Positions 1 to 12,495 of a stretch of DNA of 64,000 bases are shown here, one piece after another. The notes beneath the pieces are model-generated. The model was not told where the DNA came from. It saw only the letters and a list, made by a program, of their open reading frames with translations, and made no database searches. Numbering within the stretch: position 1 is the first letter of the stretch; each line of letters starts with the position of its first letter. This stretch comes from Basidiobolus meristosporus CBS 931.73 (taxonomy: Eukaryota; Fungi; Basidiobolomycota). The stretch is taken from NCBI GenBank assembly GCA_002104905.1, contig MCFE01000407.1, positions 1 to 64,000 of the forward strand, read 5' to 3'. A program made the translations under genes and the position numbers.

Positions 1-1504
1 GAGCCATTCTGCGGAACAAAAGGTTAGCCATGCCGGGCCGTCCAACAAGAAGTCGCCGGGCCTTACTTCGTTCTCAATGGCTTTTTCAGCAGCATCTTCA
101 TTGGAATACTTCACGAAGGCAAATGCTGGATGTTATGCACAAAGTTATTCCTGAGAGCGCACATTTGCAACCAAGCAAAGCAGGGCACAATACCTGGCAT
201 GTTGGCATTGCGGTTGACCAGATTCAGGAGTTCGATTTTCCCGTATTTGCCAAACTTGTCCTCCAGTAGGCTCTGCGTGACTAGCTTCTGATTCAACTGA
301 CCAATAAATACGCTGGTGCGATCAACCTGACCAGAACCTCGTTCCAAATTTGGTGCCCACTCAACCACCCATTTGGAATTCACGCGCAACTCCTACATGG
401 AGTAATTTGGATATCGCGCAATTAGTAAACTGTGTGTGAGAACAATTGGTTGCTGCGAATACACTGAGAAAGGAGCAACCAAGGGAATGGCATGCATCCA
501 GGCGACTCGGCAACAACATTAATTACTGCTGAGGATTACCGAATAAGCCCTAATTGCATCATCACGATAGCAGAATTTGACGAAGCCACACCCTTTACTG
601 CGGCCAGTCTGGTAGTTCTGCAAGATGGTTAGGTCCTCTAGTGGTCCGTATTCCTCAAGAATATTCCTCAATTCCTACAGCACGAATGAATTGCGTTGAT
701 CAGGTATGCCAAATTGAGGGGGTGCATACCTCTTCATTGAGTGATCGACTGATTTTGGCTATGAATAATGTTCTATTAACTCTAGCTTGTTCCACACGGA
801 TGTGCCGACCGTCTAATATTGTGTGGTGAGCCTCTGTCAGGGCCCGTTTTGCGTCGTGGACATTCTGTTGGCAGATACAACCGGTTAGAACTGCTCGAGC
901 AAGGCTGGCCTCGAGGGCGAGCAATGGTCTCCACCCACCTCGAATTGTACAAAAGAGTATGGCCTTTGCTTCCAGTCCTTGAGTACTTTGACGTTAAGCA
1001 ACTTTCCGTATTTACTGAAGTGCTTTGTGACACTTTCATGGAGTTCTTCGTCTGTCTTGGATGCAGCGAGGCTAATCCACAAATACTTGAATAAACCATG
1101 TTTAAACCACCCAAAGGTGCCAAACTAACCTTGCAACGAATATACAACCCTGAGGAGAAGCACGCTTGATACTGTGTGAAGTGCTGTTGCTACTGGCAGA
1201 GACGAGTGACTTTGGTGAAGCCAGTCCAGGATCAGAATCTGTGGTGGGGGTTCCTAGAGTTGGAGGCGGATCAATTTCAGAGTCATGCCAGGGAAGTGGT
1301 GGCTTTAGAGGGGCAGGTACCTGGGAAATCTAGTTGTTCGCCGAAGTGATTGTCGTCGGTGAACACTGAAACTGTGGGAGAGGTCTTTGGTAGTTGTGTT
1401 GATATGGTGAGCTTGGCCATTGTTTCAGTCAGGGCGGAGTTATCGTTTCTAGGGGGACAACCGGTGGCAGTAACTTGAGTATGCCCAAGGGTACTTTGTG
1501 CCAT
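1..1504 (-). CDS. RIM4: Rim4-like RNA-binding protein with three RRM domains, multi-exon, 3' end outside the window
   Basis: Spliced reading from ATG 1504 (exon 1504-1321, next exon ~1254-1131, etc.) gives RRM1 KRASPQGCIFVASLAASKTDEELHESVTKHFSKYGKLLNVKVLKDWKQRPYSFVQF..DAKRALTEAHHTILDGRHIRVEQARVNRTLFI, which matches the Rim4 RRM1 signature. RRM2 is ELRNILEEYGPLEDLTILQNYQTGRSKGCGFVKF and RRM3 is TSVFIGQLNQK..KFGKYGKI..AFAFVKY. Symbol is by family resemblance; orthology is unproven. Confidence 0.8.
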
Positions 1505-2249
1505 GCTGCAGAGAACGATGCTGGCTGCGTGGTGATGAGCAAACTGTTCTATACAAGAGATATAGATACTAGCTGGTGAAGCAACAAGGCTTTGGAAGGT
1601 TGTGCTGTACTGAGTGAACTGGTAGCCAAAAGAGGTTCAAGTTTCCAGATACTCTGAGTTAAGGATAAGCCTTTAGAGGCCGGGAGCTATTGGTAGAGTG
1701 CAACTAGTTACTCGTACTGGTAAAGAAATCGTGCGCAAAGGAAAGCTTAGGAAAAGATAAGACTACAGGGTTTAAAAACGAGACCAAAATGAATAAGCAA
1801 AGCAAGAGTTAATTAAAAGAACTTCGAGGCAAATAGAATAAAGTAGATTTGGATGTCAAATAGTAATGACACTTTCACTTCAGGATGAGGTCATCCGTGC
1901 CTACTCACTTGAATTTTGCTTCATAAAATAATAGTCACTGTCAAACTACCTCCCTCGAAAACCATTTGTATGGAAGAACTAATCTAAAAGGGATCAACAC
2001 GTTCGATCCAATGAGGTTGGTCCCTGTACTCGCAAATGAAATGCACTTTTGGCAATCTATGAATGCCATTGCCAAAGCGGCGCTGGCCATTGGCTAGCCC
2101 ATTATCAATGTGGCTAAACCCATAATACAATCAATGCGTCTATCTCTACTGACCTTGGGCTGCGATTCCAGCGGTCTACATTGACCTCGTTCACCAGGGT
2201 TGGCGCACTGGACGCCGGACGCTGGAACGCAAGACTCTCCGCCCTCGCC

Positions 2250-3540
2250 TCTAGCCGCTATCGTTAAATCCCTTGGAGCACATGGCTAATTCCGGTTCCG
2301 GCCAGCGTATCCAACCAGCTGATCAGTGTAGAACTGCCGCATGCGTTATCTTCTTGACGGTGGATGTTTGGAATGCATTTATGCTCCGATTCCCATTGCT
2401 GCCCAATAAAATAGACTCCAGTAAATCATAGAAATGGGAGGGAATGCCGATTCACTAGGAGATCAGTACAAATCAGAGGCCCACGATTGGCCACGCCGCC
2501 GAGTTGGCCATCACTGATCGGAGAAAGCGAGTCGACCTATTCCGTGCTTGAAAGCGGCGCATTTCGCAGTCAGGGAAGCGGTTGAGATGGCTTCCATTCG
2601 CCATGGTTCTCTCCAGCGTGGGACTCTGGGTTGCTCGTTCTTTGTCACGGCAACCCAGATCCAACCCGCCAGAGCACCGCTGATCCGGCTGAGTCGATAA
2701 GAAGATTCGTCATTGCTGTGGCTCAACTGCAAAGGCCAACGGAGCATCCATCGGTTGGTGCGGTAGGTCTGAGTCTCCCCTAGGTGCACTGCTAATTGAA
2801 TGCATTTGCGGTATCACGCACCACCACCAACGACCTCCGAAAAAGGAAACTTGCCCGATGTGCGCCGTCCCAGCTTGTGTGGAGCCCACCTCTTCGAGTC
2901 AGCCTGATGAGACCCTGACCCGAGGGAGACGGTGTCAGCATCTGAATATGGACGACCCAGCAACAGTAACCCAGCACATCAAACATCGACCCTCCGCAAT
3001 CAGATCGCACAGGTGACCGGTACTATTTGATCGTCTGAGAGATTCGGTTATTATTAGATCGTCTAGGAGATGTGACCCCTATGGCCTTTGATTCGCCCAC
3101 AGGAGGCCTGGTCACATTGTATCAAGGGTTTCAAAACATCTGATCGTAAATAGCAACGAAGAGGCCACCTACTATGATCCGCCTGCGATAGGAAGTCCTT
3201 CTCAGCGTTTGCAGTGTGGCGATAACACACTACCACCCTCCTTACTTCTCCACCTTGCGCCGTAGACATCATGGAAACCCAGATGGACAGCTATCGCATC
3301 ACGACATAGTGCAGGCAGCATTTCGGTGTAAGGTGTCCACCAGGTTGGCAATCTGCATTGGAGCCTAGGGTCACTGGTGTGGAGCAAGCTGCCATTCTCG
3401 ATTAGTTGGCGATTAGTTGGCGATTAGTTGGATGGACCTAGGGTCAGATATGAGATTGGTCGTTCGAGACCCTTGACGGGGATCTATCTCGCAGGGGGTC
3501 ATCCACTTCAGTATCATTGCAGCAAGCGTTAGGAAATGGA
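2250..3540 (-). mobile_element. Heavily decayed DIRS/tyrosine-recombinase-type retroelement RT-RNase H relic
   Basis: Motifs occur in the right order across frameshifts on the minus strand: ERPI (~3465), FHDVY, GLFVA, VLKPLIQ (3118-3138), LLDDLIITES (~3040-3069, cf. YLDDLLI), FDVLG (2970-2983), GKFPFSEVV, SHLN..MANSAAWPI (RNase H-like). No intact ORF. Confidence 0.45.
3364..3446. repeat. Three tandem copies of CGATTAGTTGG (3399-3431) between two CCTAGGGTCA direct repeats
   Basis: Read directly: CCTAGGGTCA at 3364-3373 and 3437-3446; 11-mer x3 between them. Confidence 0.85.
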
Positions 3541-3999
3541 ATATTTGTTATCTATCTGCTCACAATAGAACCACGATTTAGTGATAATTAAAATGATCGA
3601 TATTCGAAATCAAATATCGACTCGTAACCCTCTTTCATTATTATTAATCTTGGATTTGATTGAGTGTGATTTTACCGATGATATTGCTGGCAAGGGCTTC
3701 ATCGAATCAAAGGCGAAATTATCCCGATCTAACGGGAAAGTGCGTAATTTCCAAGGAAATTTGCGCTTTCAAACATTTAACGCATCCTCCTTTGGGGCAC
3801 ACTACCATCTCCAGAACGCATAGCGCTGGGTCAGAGTGGGCTTTCGGATTTCAGCGGAGTTAACGTTGTTTTATTTACCAAGTGTTGTGGTAGATCTTGC
3901 TACTAGCGTAAACAATAAAGTAGCACGACTTTTGACTCTATCGCCTCGTCGAATGCCGATTGTATAGAACTGACAGGACAAACAAAGCGAAAGGAAAAT

Positions 4000-6900
4000 A
4001 TGGCGGGGAAGTACCCAGGTATGGACTTCTCTATTAAAGTTCTTACATAGACCCGAGGGAACCTCGCTCATCTATGGACGATCCCACATTGTACGGGCTT
4101 CTACTTAAGGTGGTGATGCTAATTTTGACGCGTATTCCTTACTTAGGCCACCACAACTCACGTTTATATCGGCCAAATAATGGAAACTCTGGATCTTCGT
4201 ACTCATCTCTGCAGAACGGGACCCCAGGAGCTCCAAACCTATCAAGTAAACAAAGCCAGCCACCTTATGGTTCAGTGAAATCCACAAGCTATCACCAGCA
4301 CTTGGGGGGACATTCCTCTAATTACGGAACAGGAGGCGGATATCAATCCAACGCTTCAACGAACACAGCCCCGAGCCCCAATCAATCCCATCCTTCCTCA
4401 CAAAAACCCAATGTCACTACCCTTAAAAAATACACCTTATTACCACCGCCAAAAATAGCTACTTTACACAAAACAAGCGATCTAGGTATGTTTTTAATGC
4501 AAGCGTATGTTCAGCTAGAGCCTAATCCAACCTTTGCACAATTACCATGTAACTAGGATACCCTGATTTCTTTCCACAGAGAGCCGATCAAGAAGAAGAT
4601 CAACTCACAGATGCCAACGTCAGAGGAGGTTTTCAAGATCGTATGGCCATCCAGGTAAGTTCTCCACAATCGAGCGAGGCGGCCTTCCAGCCTTCTTTCG
4701 TAACGAGAGCTGGTCTGACGTATCATCCATCATGCAGAACGAGTCATTTTCAGCGCACGATATGATATTTGACCGCCTGCAAGACTCGCGCGTCCGAGAT
4801 GAATTAAGTGCGTTTATTACGGATGTGCTTGGTCGGAAGCAAAAGGAGCGTCTCATCACAAGGTATTCTATTGCACAGCAGGTATGCATTATTGTGTGTA
4901 GCTTAATTAACTCTACGAGTAGCCCATCTATATTCCGACCTCCGACTAGAGTATCTCTGAACGAGCAACTAAAGGATCAGTGGATTCAAGATCTTGTTGG
5001 TGGAGCAGTGCCCTTGCGGAAGCTTCTCAAGAGTATACCTCACGGGTAGGTTGCTATGGTTGTTTTCGGTGGCCCAACCGCGTTATCTAATATCATTTCA
5101 GCCTCAAAGGAGACAAATTGATTGAGACTTTGGTCACAAACCAGACGCCGTTACTGAGGGCTGGATGGGTCATCAAAGCTATTGGGCTAAGCGAACTTGT
5201 AAGTCTCCTGGTTCATCCCTTCGCGGGGTTGGCCCGGTTTAGCTAACTTTTCAACTTGATAGCAATTTCAAAGGAGCAAGGCACCACTGACCATACAGCA
5301 ATACGCAGTGGAGTGGACCAACACTTTTACACAATACATGTATCGACAGCTCTTCGAATTATCAACCCAGAACCGGGCCACCTCGAGCACATCGTCCATC
5401 AATAAGCCCTGGCTCTCGGAGGAGGCGAGAAACCGGTGGACAAACAAATGGCTATACTCGTGAGTTGGTTTTTCGGCATTTCAAGCGGTCCATAGCATTA
5501 ACTAACCCTCGATCATTCAAGCATCAAACTCGCCAAGTGGCAGTATGCGGAGGGGATTCTAGACCAGAGACACTTCCTCAAGTGGGCCCTCGACCAGTTT
5601 GGAAACGCCAATTTTGAGCAAAGTGCAGTGCTGTTGCCTCTAATCACACAACTCATATCAGAGTACGAGCGTTCGCGTACATTACTACGACTTCTGATAG
5701 ACCATCTGCTGGGAAAGATCGACCAGGTAAGTTGATGGAAATGTCCGCCTTCCTTCCGCCATATTCTTACACGGAGCTATTAGCTACGAAAGCATGCGAT
5801 AACGATGAAAGTCTGGAGACACGGATATCTGGCGAAGGAGCTAGTTCGATTTATACAGGTAGCGAAGTAAATGTCCCTCGAGGAAGGAGCGGGAGCTGGG
5901 CTAATTCTATTGTATTGTTTAGGCATTATTCCTGTCATCCAGTGATGCATTTGTTCATCCAGTATTTTGGCGACAGCATCGGCGGACTCTACGCGACGTG
6001 CTTGTTGACGATCCGTTGGTTGCGCCGATCCCTGGCATGAGGGAAACCAACCACTTTGAGCTAGAGATGACCGTGCGAATGAAAGACCTCTTCGAAGTCA
6101 TCGATCGAAGAAACGCGGTCTTCACCCAAGCTGCAGAAACAGAGAAGGCTGTCAGGAGCAGCACCAGAACATACGCCGGTGGCGATCTTCGATTCTTGGT
6201 AGGGAATGGGTTAGCTATGCTGTCAAGGAGCATCATTTGAGTAACGGCTCTCTTCAGTCTCTCTTTAGGGTGGGGCTGGACTCGGACTTCGACGCACTGG
6301 CCAGCAAATACTTCGGCCCTTGGGAGAATATACAGTCAACACCCAATGAGTTCGAAAGAAAAGTCTTCACTCTGTGCAATTGGGTCATCACGAATCTAAG
6401 GCCAGGGAGCCACAAAATATACATCGTGCTGACCCTGCTCTTCAGGATGAAGGAGAAATACGACCAGGGGGTTGCTGACGAGGGTCAAACAAGCTACTCG
6501 GATCTACTGCAGGAAGTCCTGCTGAAGTTCTTGGATACGTATGCGTGTACTCCAGCGAATGACGGCGAAGGTATTTCGGTCAGATTGCTTGCATCGTAGT
6601 CTTCATTCTAACCCCTGCTACTAGAATACGATGCCATCGCCTGGCTGTACGGGGAATTTGCCAAGGCCGATCTGTTTTCCTACTCGAGATACCTGCAAAG
6701 ACTCATCTCTCGTGGCGATCTGTTGGTGTCCAAGCGTGCAGAAGAGGTAGATGGGGCTATGTGAACCCTCCTTGCTGGACTGTTACTAACCAGGGAGCAC
6801 TCGCTAGAAAACCTTGCGCCACCTGAAATATCTCCAAATCTTCCCGCTGGCCCATTCATCTACGGCGTTGCTGAATCAGCGTCGGATTGCCCTCTACGGA

Positions 6901-9900
6901 GTGGACGGAAGGGTAACTTGGTGATTGGCCTTTGCTTGGTCCGATGAAACGCTCACGCCCTTTCCCTACTTCTAGGAGGAACACGAGACAGCCCATCTGG
7001 AGTTAATCAAGAGCAAGATCCGCGCCAAGCTGCCCTACATATCCGCCGCATGTGAAGACCACCTTGAGGATGTGGATCCAAAGGTCCTGAGCAGTGTTCA
7101 GAAGTTGACTTCCCCTATAGTGGACAACTACGCGAGGGATTTCCATCTCCAGCTACCCATCGATGGTGGACTGGTGGAGCTCCTAAAAAGCTCTACCAGG
7201 TTTGTCCAGATCTACATTACTCAACAATGGCTCCTGGAGATGGTTAGGGCATACGTAGTGAAGGATGTTGAGTAAGTCGTCGTTGTATTCCACATTGCCA
7301 TTGCTCGTCGTAGCTCACACAAGAAACCCTCAGAATTGGCTTGGATAACTGGAGAGTCATCACCTCCCCCGGCACATCGCTTCTCAACCCGAGACAGTTC
7401 TCGACCATCGCCCGGATCATCGGGATTGTTCAAGACTATTACGGCATCATAGAGGTAAGCCGCGGAGCAAGAGATTGCATTGCAGCCGTTAGTTAACTTT
7501 GATGACTCAGCTTGCCCTATGGACGTTGGAGCATTCCATGGAAGACTCCGTTATATCGGTTGTCATCGAACTTATCAAGCAGTACCAAGCATACTGGATA
7601 TCCATGGGCATCCGAGATCAAATCATCAATGCATTATTAGAAAAGGTACACCGGCGGAAGTGAGGCCCGAGTTTCCAGCCACTAACCGCTTCTCTTCTCC
7701 CGTAGCATAACGAGTCAAAGGCTAAGCGGTCCGTCAACAAAGCATTGTTGGTTTATCTTCAAGCATTGGTGCATGAAAGGACTGGGTTTGACCCGAATAC
7801 CAAGAAACAGGTATTTGCTTGCGGTCAGAAGGCCATGTATCTCACTCGGGCCTATGCTAACATCCGCTCGCAGTTAAACCAAGACTTGGCGGAATACAAC
7901 GAGGCTACCCTCGCCATCAACTCCACCTACCCGGCTACCGTGTTCCCACCACGTGTCGAAGAATTGCTCTCCTTTGCCAATGAGGTCAATCCAACCACCG
8001 CCTCCACCGCCGCCGCAGTCGCCAGCACGCTTTGGCATAAATACCACACAACGGACGGCTGGCTGACGAAGATTTTTGATAGCATGGTCACGCTCTTGAC
8101 TGAGGCTCAATCCACAAGTCCGGATTTCCTAGATTTTAGAAGAAAACTGACTAGATTTTCAGAACTGCTTCGGGAGCTGACGCCAAGAGAAGCAAGCAAC
8201 CCCATCATTGAATGGCTGCGAGCCCCCAGCCACTCCAACAGCAACAAGAAGAACCTCCATATGCTGGAAAGCCCATCGCACGAATGGTTCACCTTGTTCT
8301 TGACCATCCTGGTGACCGAAGGATGTGTGTCGATCTCTGCCTTGGTCGACGAGATCGGCACGAACATCTTGGAAAAGGTCATTCAGAGCTTACTCAAGGT
8401 AGTTGCCGTTCAGCTGTTGGCAATCATAGCTTTCCAACTAACGAATCTATTTTCAGTCGAAACACAAACAATTGGACTCCGGCATTACTGTGCTGTGTAA
8501 GAACATTCTAGCGCTCTTAGGTTTGATCCTCGGGCAGCCGGAGAACAACGGTCAGGAGATGCTGCTGATCACGATACAGGTAGCGGCAACCCCATCTTGG
8601 TTCATCCCCTTGCTTGCCACTCATTCTCTTCAATTAGGAAATGAATGCAATCCAAAGCTGTCTCAGCCGAGAGTTCCAAACCACCCGGTCGTTGAAGCTG
8701 CTTTTCCACCTGGTTTACCAGGTGTGTGTGCTGGAGTCTGGGCTGCCCTTGAACCACGACTTAAGCCCGGCGTTGCAGAGCCTGAGGAAGGAGCTGGCTT
8801 CAGTAGACTGGTTCCGTAGAATATGCCTGGCCGACATCTCCGAAGTCTACCGACTCTACATGACGAGATCCGACCTCAGCGAGAAGAAGTTCAAGCGGGC
8901 AGAGAAACAGGCGGTCGCTTCCAAACTCCTAGATACCTATTTAATCCTGTTCAACGAGATACCTGGTTCGTACGCAGATGTGTATGGTAGGGTGTTCGTC
9001 GTGTCACTAACCCTTTGGTTTTCTAGACCGAACGAGCCAATCCAGCTTGTCCACCTCTGCTCTACTCGCTCACTGCCGAGACCTCTTCGCCAAGCTCAAC
9101 ACCCACACCATGGATCGGTGCCGGGTGGAGCTGTGGCTGTTGCTTGACAAGGTGATGGAAGAAAATGAGGCTGAATTCGACACTGGAAGGATCCCGAACG
9201 AAAACACTCGGAAGGAAGAGACATTGAGCCAATTGGCGCATCTCTTGTTTGAAGAGGTGCCGTCTTACAAGGACCTTGATGCGGCCATGATGAAGCATCT
9301 GTTTGTTGGCGTTAGGAACGACGTTGCTGCCGAGGTAAGAATCCCCAGGCCTCTTGCTTGCCAAGTGACGTAGCTAACTCTCCTGCCGTGCAGCTTCTCA
9401 AGAGAGCCAAGAAGATCTTGGTGGGAAGAGAAGGGAAGCCCTTCCCGGAAAACATCCTGATGTTCCACGAGATGGATATCAGCTTTGCAGCCAAAGCCAA
9501 GGTCGTCAATGGATTCAATGAAATCCTGGGGGTTTTGCTCACGTCCCTGACTGAAGATACCGCCGATGTGAAGATTGACTTCTTGAAAGCGTTGTTGGAT
9601 CAGGTGGCCAAATTCCTGCCGTATCTCAAGGTAAGTGTTTCATTCGTTCGTCTCTGAGGGATTTCTCTTTGGTAACCAGGAGTTGCGTGCTCGCGTAGAC
9701 GTTCCAAGTGATGGAGTCGTGTAACATTTCGTTTTTGGAGGCCGAGAATGCCTTGCATTTAAATTCCAATGTCTTGGTAAGCGATCCCATTCAAGCCGAG
9801 GATTTGCTGTGTAATCTATTCACTCATCTATTCAACGTTGTTTTTTCGAACTCCGAGCAGCACGCGGCAATTAGCAGTGTAAGAAGCGAAGAGAACAAGG

Positions 9901-10675
9901 AGATCTCCACCGGCCGACGGGTGTTAATAGAGGACATTCGAATAAGGTAAGATCAGGGGCCTGCTGCATCCATGGTGCAAGATGGCTAATTTGAGCACGC
10001 TAGCTTGTTGATAAGACTCCGTCTCTTTACCAATGTGCTGCCAATCCTGTGGAAGAATCCAGCACAGTGTGATGTTGGACAATGGATCACCACTTTGGTG
10101 CAGCTGTTATCGGTATGTGTCGCTCGACCGGTCCGGGTTTTCCGCTCTAGCTAAAGTTGTATTGTAGAACTGTGTAGTGCATGGGAACGGAACCTGTCCT
10201 CAGACGTTTGAGTTCGTGTTGGATCTCGTGGCAGTGTGTATTGACGGTAAGCTTAGTTATCTGTGCGCGTATGTGACGAGTGCAATCCTGACCAGTAATT
10301 CATCCAGAAATCCCCAAAGAGTTCAAGAACTCGATTCTACAGAACCTCAGAGTAAGTTTCTCCGAGGCCTGCTGCTCAAACAAATGACTTACTTTCAGCA
10401 TTTTCCAGGCCATGTGGACCGAACTGGTGTTGCCTTCGGTGTTCGGTAGTCGCTTAAAGAGGATCTTCCCCTTCCAGATATACAATATCTACGAGAACCA
10501 GCTCAAGTCGAACCCCACCCTCAAGCCCTGGGAATTCCTGGAAGATTCGAGCGGGGCCGAGACGGAGGGAAACTTGAACGACACTCCCATCCCCTTGACC
10601 TGGTTCAACGCAAAGAGAATCCGAGTCGCCGAGCCTTCGCATTACCCTATTGTAGAAACAACATTTTGGAATTGA
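4000..10675 (+). CDS. MED12: Mediator kinase-module subunit MED12 (Srb8), about two dozen short introns
   Basis: ATG 4000 with first intron 4019-4146 gives MAGKYPGHHNS. DLGYPDFFPQRADQEEDQLTDANVRGGF resembles the MED12 N-terminal motif. FRPPTRVSLNEQLKDQWIQDLVGGAVPLRKLLKSIPHGLKGDKLIETLVTNQTPLLRAGWVIKAIG is the Med12 domain. C-terminal LKPWEFLED..IPLTWFNAKR; stop at 10675. Confidence 0.92.
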
Positions 10676-11351
10676 AGGCGGGATTCCCTATACTCATCCA
10701 CCTCCGTGCCCACACCCCACCACCCACACATACACAATGTTCCCCCCCCATAAATTGTACATAACCGTTTTTTTATTTCCACTCTTGCGACCTTCCCGGT
10801 CGGACTCCAGAATGCAGAATCCTCTCAACACACGTTTCCTTTGTCTGTTTTGTAGCTATAATATAGTAATTGGATAAACAGTCTCTTGTCCAGTACTCGT
10901 TGGGTGTGTAGCAAGCAGCGGGCAAGCTTTGTTGGGAAGTAGGTAGCGGGGCGGGGCCTGCTTGTGAAAGAAGGGATCGGTGAGGCAAAAGGGGCGACGG
11001 TATCGACCACCTCCTCTTCTCGCGGGAAGTGGGCTCGAGACATTCCTGGCTGATCAATTGCTGCAGTCAATTCTCAAATACCTCACACCCATCCCATAGG
11101 CTTCCCGAGTATTCCGGAATCGAATGAAATGTGACGACTCTTGGACAACTCGTGCAGATCTAAAGAACGATTGGACAATCCGAAACTGGAGGTTCGGTAT
11201 TCGCCCAAGATCGAGGTAGTATTATGATCTGGGAATCCCAACACCCGCGTTTAATAAGGCCTGATGAAGAAAAACCTCCCAATCCGTTGAGTCATGCAGC
11301 ACATTCTGATGACGTCTGCAAGGTGGGTTTAGCGGGTTCGTGGAAGGGGCG

Positions 11352-11358
11352 TATAAAA
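11352..11358 (+). promoter_or_regulatory. Probable TATA box of the aldolase gene
   Basis: TATAAAA about 60 nt upstream of ATG 11419, followed by a pyrimidine-rich leader. Confidence 0.55.
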
Positions 11359-11418
11359 TGGGCCAGACGTGCCAGGGGACGACACGAGAGTACTTCGTTT
11401 CCACCACTTTTCCTCAAC

Positions 11419-12495
11419 ATGGGTATCCTAGACATCGTTCCACCTGGCGTAGTGACCGGGGACAACCTTCGCAAGCTTCTAACCTACGCTAGCGAGCACC
11501 AGTTCGCCATCCCCGCCGTGAACTGCACCTCCTCAAGCACCGTGAATGCCGTCCTGGAGGCCGCGAGAGACATCAAGGCCCCGATCGTGATCCAATTCTC
11601 CAACGGCGGCTCCGCGTACTACGCGGGCAAAGGGATCAGCAACGACGGGCAAAGGGCTTCCATCCTGGGCGCCATCGCGGGCGCCCACCACGTCCGTACC
11701 GTGGCCAAGGAGTACGGGATCCCGGTGATTCTCCATTCCGACCATTGTGCGAAGAAGCTGCTGCCGTGGTTCGACGGGATGCTGAAGGCCGATGAAGCAT
11801 ACTTCAAGCAGCATGGGGAGCCGCTCTTCTCGTCCCACATGCTGGACCTTTCGGAGGAGCCGAAGGAGGAGAACATCCAGATCTGCATGGACTACCTGAA
11901 GAGGATGGCCCCCATGGGATGTCTGCTGGAGATGGAGATCGGCATCACCGGTGGCGAGGAGGATGGCGTGGACAACACCGGTGTGGACAACGCCTCCCTC
12001 TTCACCCAGCCAGATGACATCTGGGACGTCTACCGTAACTTCAGCTCCATCACCGACCTGTTCACCATTGCCGCTGCCTTCGGAAACGTCCACGGGGTCT
12101 ACAAGCCCGGAAACGTGGTCCTGCAGCCGCAGCTCCTGGGCAAGCACCAAGCATACGTCCAGCAGCAACTCGGCACGAAGAACACCAAGCCGGTCTGGTT
12201 CGTGTTCCACGGCGGTTCGGGATCGACCAAGGAGGAGATCCAGACCGCGGTCTCCTACGGCACCGTCAAGATGAACGTCGACACCGACACCCAATGGGCC
12301 TACTGGGAGGGACTCAAGAACTTCTACGAGTCCAAGAAAGCCTACCTCCAGCACCAGATCGGCAATCCTGAGGGCGAGGACAAGCCCAACAAGAAGTACT
12401 ACGACCCGCGAGTGTTTATCCGCGAGGCCGAGAAGACGATGATCAAGAGAGTCCAGGAGGCCTGCCAGGCGTTGAACAATGTAAACACTTTGTAA
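11419..12495 (+). CDS. FBA1: Fructose-1,6-bisphosphate aldolase class II (fungal type), 358 aa, intronless
   Basis: MGILDIVPPGVVTGDN start as in fungal Fba1. Motifs HSDHCAKKLLPWFDG, SSHMLDLSEE, EMEIGITGGEEDGVDN, FGNVHGVYKPGN, VFHGGSGS, KMNVDTDTQ, NPEGEDKPNKKYYDPR. Strong C/G-ending codon bias. Confidence 0.98.
   Translation: MGILDIVPPGVVTGDNLRKLLTYASEHQFAIPAVNCTSSSTVNAVLEAARDIKAPIVIQFSNGGSAYYAGKGISNDGQRASILGAIAGAHHVRTVAKEYGIPVILHSDHCAKKLLPWFDGMLKADEAYFKQHGEPLFSSHMLDLSEEPKEENIQICMDYLKRMAPMGCLLEMEIGITGGEEDGVDNTGVDNASLFTQPDDIWDVYRNFSSITDLFTIAAAFGNVHGVYKPGNVVLQPQLLGKHQAYVQQQLGTKNTKPVWFVFHGGSGSTKEEIQTAVSYGTVKMNVDTDTQWAYWEGLKNFYESKKAYLQHQIGNPEGEDKPNKKYYDPRVFIREAEKTMIKRVQEACQALNNVNTL

Noticed and set aside
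2251-2502. URS1-like words (TAGCCGCTA, CGCCGCCGAG) upstream of the Rim4-like gene
   Set aside because: Imperfect, far from the start, inside a GC-rich TE relic, and Ume6-type regulation is not established for this lineage.
3399-3431. Short tandem repeats as a CRISPR-like array
   Set aside because: No spacers, only 11-bp units, eukaryotic context, no cas genes.
8212-8511. ORF with QQQQ run resembling a MED12 polyQ tract
   Set aside because: Off-frame reading of a MED12 exon (SHSNSNKK in the true frame).
10880-11060. GC-rich segment that might be a structured ncRNA
   Set aside because: No tRNA, snRNA, SRP or snoRNA box motifs recognised; would need an Infernal/Rfam search.
11224-11418. 65-aa N-terminal extension of the aldolase in the ORF track
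   Set aside because: Homologues begin at MGILDIV and a TATA box lies inside the extension.
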